64,000 nucleotides of DNA, from assembly GCA_017625725.1 (NCBI GenBank), contig JAGAKH010000092.1, positions 5,442 to 69,441 on the forward strand, written 5' to 3'. Shown in pieces: positions 58,723 through 64,000 of this stretch. Each line of letters begins with the position of its first letter. Positions within the stretch are counted from its first letter, which is position 1. Made by a program: the position numbers and the translations under genes. Source of the DNA: Bacteroidales bacterium (GTDB lineage: Bacteria > Bacteroidota > Bacteroidia > Bacteroidales > UBA932). Under the pieces are notes generated by a model. The model saw only the letters and a list, made by a program, of their open reading frames with translations, was not told the origin of the DNA and ran no database searches.

Positions 58723-59619
58723 ATGAGCGAGCAGACCAAAAGACATCGTGCAGGATTTGTCAACATCATAGGTAATCCTAATGTCGGCAAATCCACACTT
58801 ATGAATGCCCTTGTGGGTGAGAAACTTTCAATAGTTACAGCAAAGGCCCAGACCACAAGACACAGGATCATGGGTATCGTCAACGGAGAGGACTACCAGA
58901 TAGTATATTCCGACACGCCTGGCATCCTGAAACCGAACTACAGGCTCCAGCAGAGCATGATGAATTTTGTGGATACGGCTATCGGAGATGCCGACATCAT
59001 CCTTTATGTCACCGACACAGTCGAGAAAGGAGACAAGAATGAGGAATACATCAGCAAGCTCCAGAAGATCCAGTGTCCTGTCATTCTTGTGATAAACAAG
59101 ATAGACATAAGTTCCCAGGAGCAGGTTATGGAACTTATGGCATGGTGGAAGGAGCAGCTGCCGGAAGCTATGATTTTTCCGGCTTCCGCACAGGAGAAGT
59201 TCAATCTGGAAAATATCTTCGATGCTATCACATCTAACCTGCCTGTCGCTCCACCATGGTATGACAAGGATGTCTTCACTGACAAGAACCTCAGGTTCTT
59301 CGCCTCTGAAATAGTACGTGAGAAGATTTTCCTGAATTACAAGGAAGAGATTCCGTACAGCTGCGAGGTCGTTGTGGAAGAATTCAAGGAAGGCGAGGAA
59401 AGATATGACATCAGTGCGGTAATCTATGTAATGAGGGACTCGCAGAAGGGTATCATCATAGGCAAGGGCGGACAGTCCCTGAAGAAAGTCGGGACTCAGG
59501 CCCGTATCGATATGGAGGATTTCTTCCAGAAGAAGGTATTCCTGAGACTGTTTGTAAAGGTTGACCCGGACTGGAGGGAAAGCAAGAAGGAATTAAGAAA
59601 ATTCGGATACGAATATTAA
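58723..59619 (+). CDS. era: GTPase Era
   Basis: GNPNVGKST, QTTR, DTPG, NKID and KH-domain GIIIGKGG. Confidence 0.96.
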   Translation: MSEQTKRHRAGFVNIIGNPNVGKSTLMNALVGEKLSIVTAKAQTTRHRIMGIVNGEDYQIVYSDTPGILKPNYRLQQSMMNFVDTAIGDADIILYVTDTVEKGDKNEEYISKLQKIQCPVILVINKIDISSQEQVMELMAWWKEQLPEAMIFPASAQEKFNLENIFDAITSNLPVAPPWYDKDVFTDKNLRFFASEIVREKIFLNYKEEIPYSCEVVVEEFKEGEERYDISAVIYVMRDSQKGIIIGKGGQSLKKVGTQARIDMEDFFQKKVFLRLFVKVDPDWRESKKELRKFGYEY

Positions 59620-59635
59620 AAGAAGCGAGGTAAAG

Positions 59636-62293
59636 ATGAGTATTGAAGAAATGGAACTGCCAGAGGATTCGGTTCCCGGCAAATTCGACAAGCTGCTAGG
59701 AGAAAACAGCAGAAGATTCAAGCTCAGCGGCATGTTCAAGGACTGGTTCCTTGATTATTCGTCCTATGTAATCCTATATAGGGCGGTTCCGCATATTGTA
59801 GACGGAATGAAACCTGTGCAGAGACGTGTACTTCATGCAATGTGGAGAATAGACGACGGCAGGTACACCAAGGTTGCCAACATCGTGGGACAGGCCATGC
59901 AGTTCCATCCTCATGGCGACCAGTCGATTCTGGGAGCCCTCGTACAGCTCGGACAGAAGAATTATCTGATTGATTGTCAGGGTAACTGGGGTAATATCCT
60001 GACAGGTGACTCAAATGCCGCACCCCGTTACATCGAGGCACGTCTGAGCAAGTTTGCCAAGGAAGTGGTATTCAATCCGAAGACCACAAACTGGATGACA
60101 TCCTACGACGGACGAAACCAGGAACCGGTAGAACTTCCAATCAAGTTCCCGCTTCTTCTTGCACAGGGTGCAGAAGGTATTGCCGTGGGTCTTGCATCCA
60201 AGATACTGCCGCATAACTTCAACGAACTCATCGATGCATCGGTAGCCATTCTCAGAGGAGAGGAATTCGAATTGTTCCCGGACTTCCCTACCGGAGGATA
60301 TGCCGACTGCACCAAATACATGAAAGGTCAGCGAGGAGGAGTAGTGAAGGTACGTGCAAAGATCGAGAAACTCGACAAGAACACGCTTTCCATAACAGAG
60401 ATTCCTTATGGAAAGACAACACATGTGATCATCGATTCCATCCTCAAGGCCAAGGACAAGGGTAAGATAAAGATCAAGAAGATCGACGACCTTACCACAG
60501 ACAAGGCCAATATCCTGATCCACCTTCCGAATGATGTGTCGCCCGACAAGACCATAGATGCTTTGTATGCATTTACAGACTGTGAAGTTTCCATATCACC
60601 GAATACCTGCGTGATCGTGGACCATAAGCCTCAGTTCCTCAGTGTCGATGATGTCCTGAGATACAGCACCCAGCATACAAAGGACCTGCTCGGTCAGGAG
60701 CTTCAGATCAGGCTTGACGAACTGGAGAACGACTGGCATTACAGTTCCCTTGAAAAGATATTCTTTGAGAACAAGGTCTACAAGATTCTCGAAGGAGATG
60801 CAAAGACCTGGGAAGCACAGCTGCAGGAAGTGTTCGACGAGATGCTGAAGTATCAGGGCATGCTGAAACGCCCTATCACTATGGATGACATCCATAAGCT
60901 GGTCGAAAAGCCTGTAAGAAAGATTTCAAAGTTCGACACCAAGGCTGTAGAAGAAAAGCTTAGAGGCATCGAGGATGAGATGCAGGAGGTACAGAATCAT
61001 CTGGATCACCTTACAGAGTTCACTGTCAATTACTTCAAGAATCTCAAGAAGAAATACGGAAAGGACTATCCGCGTCTTACCGAACTGACCGGATTCGAAT
61101 CCATCGCCGTCACAAAGGTAGTGAACAACAATGCCAAGCTATATGCGAACAAGGCAGAAGGATTCGTGGGCACAAATCTCAAGAAAGAGGATAATGCAGA
61201 ATACATCTGCGACTGCTCAGACCTTTCAGAGATAATCGTGATTCATAAGGACGGTAAATATATGGTGACCAAGGTTTCTGAGAAAGCCTTCCTCGGCAAG
61301 GACATCCTTTATGTGGGAGTCTTCGACAGAAACGACCAGAGAACCATCTACAATGTCATCTACCGCGAGGGAAAGACTTCTGTCAGCTACGCAAAGAGGT
61401 TTGCAGTGACAAGCATCACCCGAGACAAGGAATATGACATAACTCAGGGAACTCCAGGATCGACCATACTATGGTTCACTGTCAACCACAATGGTGAGGC
61501 CGAAACTGTGAAGATTTACCTCAGGCCACGTCCGAAGCTCAAGAAACTGATAGACGAGTACGACTTCTCAGAACTCGGCATCAAGGGAAGGGCTTCAAGA
61601 GGAAATCTTGTATCCAAGAACCCTATCCAGAAGATTACCCTCAAGTCCAAGGGTGTGTCTACCATCGGAGGAAAGGACATATGGTTTGACGAAGACATCC
61701 AGAGACTTAACGAAGACGGAAGAGGCCTGCATCTGGGACAGTTCAATACAGGCGACCACATCCTTGCAATCTGCAAGGACGGTACATATTACACTACGAC
61801 CTTCGACCTCAGCAACAGATATCAGGGCGAACTGCTCAAGATTGAAAAACTCGATGTAAACAAGACCTACACAGCACTCTACTACGACAAGGGTGTCGAG
61901 GCGTTCTACATAAAGAGATTCTCGTTCGATGTGAGCGACAACACATCCGTAAGCTTCATTTCCGAAACCAAAGGTTCATATCTTGTAGCAGTCAGCGATG
62001 ACCTGCACCCTCAGGTAGAAGTCATCTTCGGTGGAAAACACGAGCATAGGGAGCCGGAAAGGCTTGATGCAGAGGAATTCATCGCAAAGAAGGGTATTCA
62101 GGCAAAGGGTAAGAAGACGAGTGCAATGGATGTCAAGGCTGTTCAGTTCATCGAGCCTCTTCACAAGCCGGAGGATGACATAAGGCCGGAAGAATCCGAA
62201 GCAGACAACCAGGCCGGAGAGATCGATAATACAGGAGTGGAAGATCCTATCGATCTGGAACTGGATGATGATCCACAGTTGACCTTGTTCTGA
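59636..62293 (+). CDS. parC: DNA topoisomerase IV subunit A (Bacteroidota type)
   Basis: DGMKPVQRR, HPHGD, catalytic AAPRY and PDFPTGG; no GyrA box seen. Confidence 0.88.
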   Translation: MSIEEMELPEDSVPGKFDKLLGENSRRFKLSGMFKDWFLDYSSYVILYRAVPHIVDGMKPVQRRVLHAMWRIDDGRYTKVANIVGQAMQFHPHGDQSILGALVQLGQKNYLIDCQGNWGNILTGDSNAAPRYIEARLSKFAKEVVFNPKTTNWMTSYDGRNQEPVELPIKFPLLLAQGAEGIAVGLASKILPHNFNELIDASVAILRGEEFELFPDFPTGGYADCTKYMKGQRGGVVKVRAKIEKLDKNTLSITEIPYGKTTHVIIDSILKAKDKGKIKIKKIDDLTTDKANILIHLPNDVSPDKTIDALYAFTDCEVSISPNTCVIVDHKPQFLSVDDVLRYSTQHTKDLLGQELQIRLDELENDWHYSSLEKIFFENKVYKILEGDAKTWEAQLQEVFDEMLKYQGMLKRPITMDDIHKLVEKPVRKISKFDTKAVEEKLRGIEDEMQEVQNHLDHLTEFTVNYFKNLKKKYGKDYPRLTELTGFESIAVTKVVNNNAKLYANKAEGFVGTNLKKEDNAEYICDCSDLSEIIVIHKDGKYMVTKVSEKAFLGKDILYVGVFDRNDQRTIYNVIYREGKTSVSYAKRFAVTSITRDKEYDITQGTPGSTILWFTVNHNGEAETVKIYLRPRPKLKKLIDEYDFSELGIKGRASRGNLVSKNPIQKITLKSKGVSTIGGKDIWFDEDIQRLNEDGRGLHLGQFNTGDHILAICKDGTYYTTTFDLSNRYQGELLKIEKLDVNKTYTALYYDKGVEAFYIKRFSFDVSDNTSVSFISETKGSYLVAVSDDLHPQVEVIFGGKHEHREPERLDAEEFIAKKGIQAKGKKTSAMDVKAVQFIEPLHKPEDDIRPEESEADNQAGEIDNTGVEDPIDLELDDDPQLTLF

Positions 62294-62295
62294 TC

Positions 62296-62820
62296 ATGAT
62301 AATTACATTGACAGGATTCATGGGATGCGGCAAGAGCAGCGTCGGGAGGAGACTCTCGGAACTGCTCTGCTGCCGTTTTATGGACCTGGACACCCTCATA
62401 GAGGAAAAGGAGGGAAGAGTAATTCCTGAAATCTTCTCTTCTGATGGAGAAAAGGAGTTCCGCAGGATGGAAAAAGAGACATTGGAAAGCCTCGTCACGG
62501 ATCAGGATGAAGGAAAGACCTTGATACTGGCTTTGGGTGGAGGTTGCGTAATGACTCCCGAATGTGCCAGGCTCGTCCATGAGAAGACCAGATGCATCTA
62601 TCTGAGGGCTTCAACAGACACCTTGATCACCCATCTCGAAGGTGGTACGGAAGGAAGACCGCTTCTCGCTGCGGAAGATCTGCGTTGCCGCATCCTTGAA
62701 CTGATGTCACAAAGATCGGAGACTTACGAAGCAACTGCCCACATCATCATAGATACGGACGGTAAGGATATTGAAGAGGTCGCAGCAGAGATTTCAAGAA
62801 TGGAGCTGTCCGGAATCTAG
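62296..62820 (+). CDS. aroK: Shikimate kinase
   Basis: GFMGCGKS, DLD, GE.EFR..E, GGG and RPLL motifs. Confidence 0.93.
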   Translation: MIITLTGFMGCGKSSVGRRLSELLCCRFMDLDTLIEEKEGRVIPEIFSSDGEKEFRRMEKETLESLVTDQDEGKTLILALGGGCVMTPECARLVHEKTRCIYLRASTDTLITHLEGGTEGRPLLAAEDLRCRILELMSQRSETYEATAHIIIDTDGKDIEEVAAEISRMELSGI

Positions 62821-64000
62821 ACAAGTTCGTCTCGTTCACGTAGGTCCTTTACACGCAATTGCGTATTGGCTGTACCACGGTAATAGTTCTCGACAATAGA
62901 GTAGCATACATCTACCGGATTACCGTTCTTTATATGGTCAAAATAATCAGCCATATTGAAGGCTATCGCCGAGATATGATGATATGGATGAGATTCCTGT
63001 ATGAGTTCGAGCTTCAGATGTCCGCCTTCGGCACCAACCTTACGTCCCATTCCATTGTCATAGACATTATCTGTTCTGAATACAGGAGCTGAATTTCCCG
63101 GGCCGAAAGGCTGGAACTGCTTGAGGATTCTGAGGAACTTCGGTGTGATCTGCGAGAAATTGAGCATTGCATCTATATCTACCACAGGGGTCTGCATTTC
63201 AGGAATTATCCTGCCGGAGATGAACTTCTCGATCCTCTCGCAGAAAAGAGGAAGGTTCTCTTCCTTCAAGGTCAGGCCGGCCGCATAGAGATGTCCTCCG
63301 AAGTTCTCAAGAAGGTCAGAACAGCTTTCTATAGCATCATAGAGATCAAAGCCGTGTACACTTCTGGCTGATCCTGTCACGAGTCCACCCTGGGACTGAG
63401 TGAATACGATGGTTGGCTTGTAATAAGCCTCGACAAGTCGGGAAGCGACAATACCAACCACACCTTTATGCCACTGAGGATTATATACGATGGTTGCCTT
63501 GCCGCTTGAAAGACAGTTTCCGGATTCCACCATCTCAAGAGCCTCCTGAGTGATGCGTCTGTCAATGTTCTTTCTTTCGTTGTTATGCTCGTTGATTTCC
63601 GTACCGAGACGGATAGCCTCTCTTGCATTGGTCGCTGTCAGAAGTTCCACTGCAATTCTACCGGATTCCATTCTTCCCGCAGCATTGATTCTCGGACCAA
63701 TCTTGAAGACGATATCGTCGATAGTAAGATGACCTGGCTCAAGTCCCGAAAGCTGGATCATTGCAAGCAGGCCTTCACGAGGATGGCTGTTAAGCTGCTT
63801 CAATCCGAAATGTGCCAGGATCCTGTTTTCATCAGTCACTGACACGAGATCAGATGCTATGCTTACCACCAGAAGATCCATCAGAGGGATGAGGGTCTCG
63901 AAAGGAATATCGTACCTCTGAGAATAGGCCTGGACCAGTTTGAAACCAACTCCGCATCCTGAAAGGTCGTCGAATGGGTAATGGCAGTCCTCTCTCTTCG
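62817..64000 (-). CDS. recJ: ssDNA exonuclease RecJ (3' part; 5' end lies outside the window)
   Basis: Frame is open to the window edge (LSGCGVGFKL); GPRINAAGR, GSARS, FGGH.YAAG and PFGPGN motifs. Confidence 0.95.
   Translation of the reverse strand, partial: KREDCHYPFDDLSGCGVGFKLVQAYSQRYDIPFETLIPLMDLLVVSIASDLVSVTDENRILAHFGLKQLNSHPREGLLAMIQLSGLEPGHLTIDDIVFKIGPRINAAGRMESGRIAVELLTATNAREAIRLGTEINEHNNERKNIDRRITQEALEMVESGNCLSSGKATIVYNPQWHKGVVGIVASRLVEAYYKPTIVFTQSQGGLVTGSARSVHGFDLYDAIESCSDLLENFGGHLYAAGLTLKEENLPLFCERIEKFISGRIIPEMQTPVVDIDAMLNFSQITPKFLRILKQFQPFGPGNSAPVFRTDNVYDNGMGRKVGAEGGHLKLELIQESHPYHHISAIAFNMADYFDHIKNGNPVDVCYSIVENYYRGTANTQLRVKDLRERDELV

Overview
Chromosomal window from a Bacteroidales bacterium. 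The assignment is inferred from TAnnTTTG promoters, SusC/SusD, the Bat operon and a Bacteroidota-type rpoZ-bamD arrangement. Most of the window is housekeeping: korAB, bamA/skp, uppS, nadK, pdxJ, recN, trxB, groESL, glyA, moxR-bat, truA, exbBD-tonB, era, parC, aroK and recJ. There are three accessory regions. (1) A SusC/SusD-DUF4843-PKD-TlpA lipoprotein locus with no recognisable CAZyme (11.6-21.2 kb). (2) Two tandem cassettes at 29.0-35.1 kb, each built as promoter, then a small unannotated YExPA-x8-EG[IL]LCxS peptide, then a fimbrillin-like lipoprotein joined to a non-specific endonuclease. In one cassette the nuclease is separated by a single in-frame TGA followed by a GC hairpin, so it is either a readthrough candidate or a nonsense allele. 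(3) A tRNA-His-linked islet with a long hairpin, an 8 x 53-bp palindromic tandem array and an orphan beta-propeller hydrolase. Also seen: a dispersed REP/MITE-like family (3 copies, possibly 4), a BatD-BatE fusion, a frameshifted carboxyltransferase C-terminus and a Cys-less Irr-like Fur protein. All calls come from reading the sequence; no searches were run.
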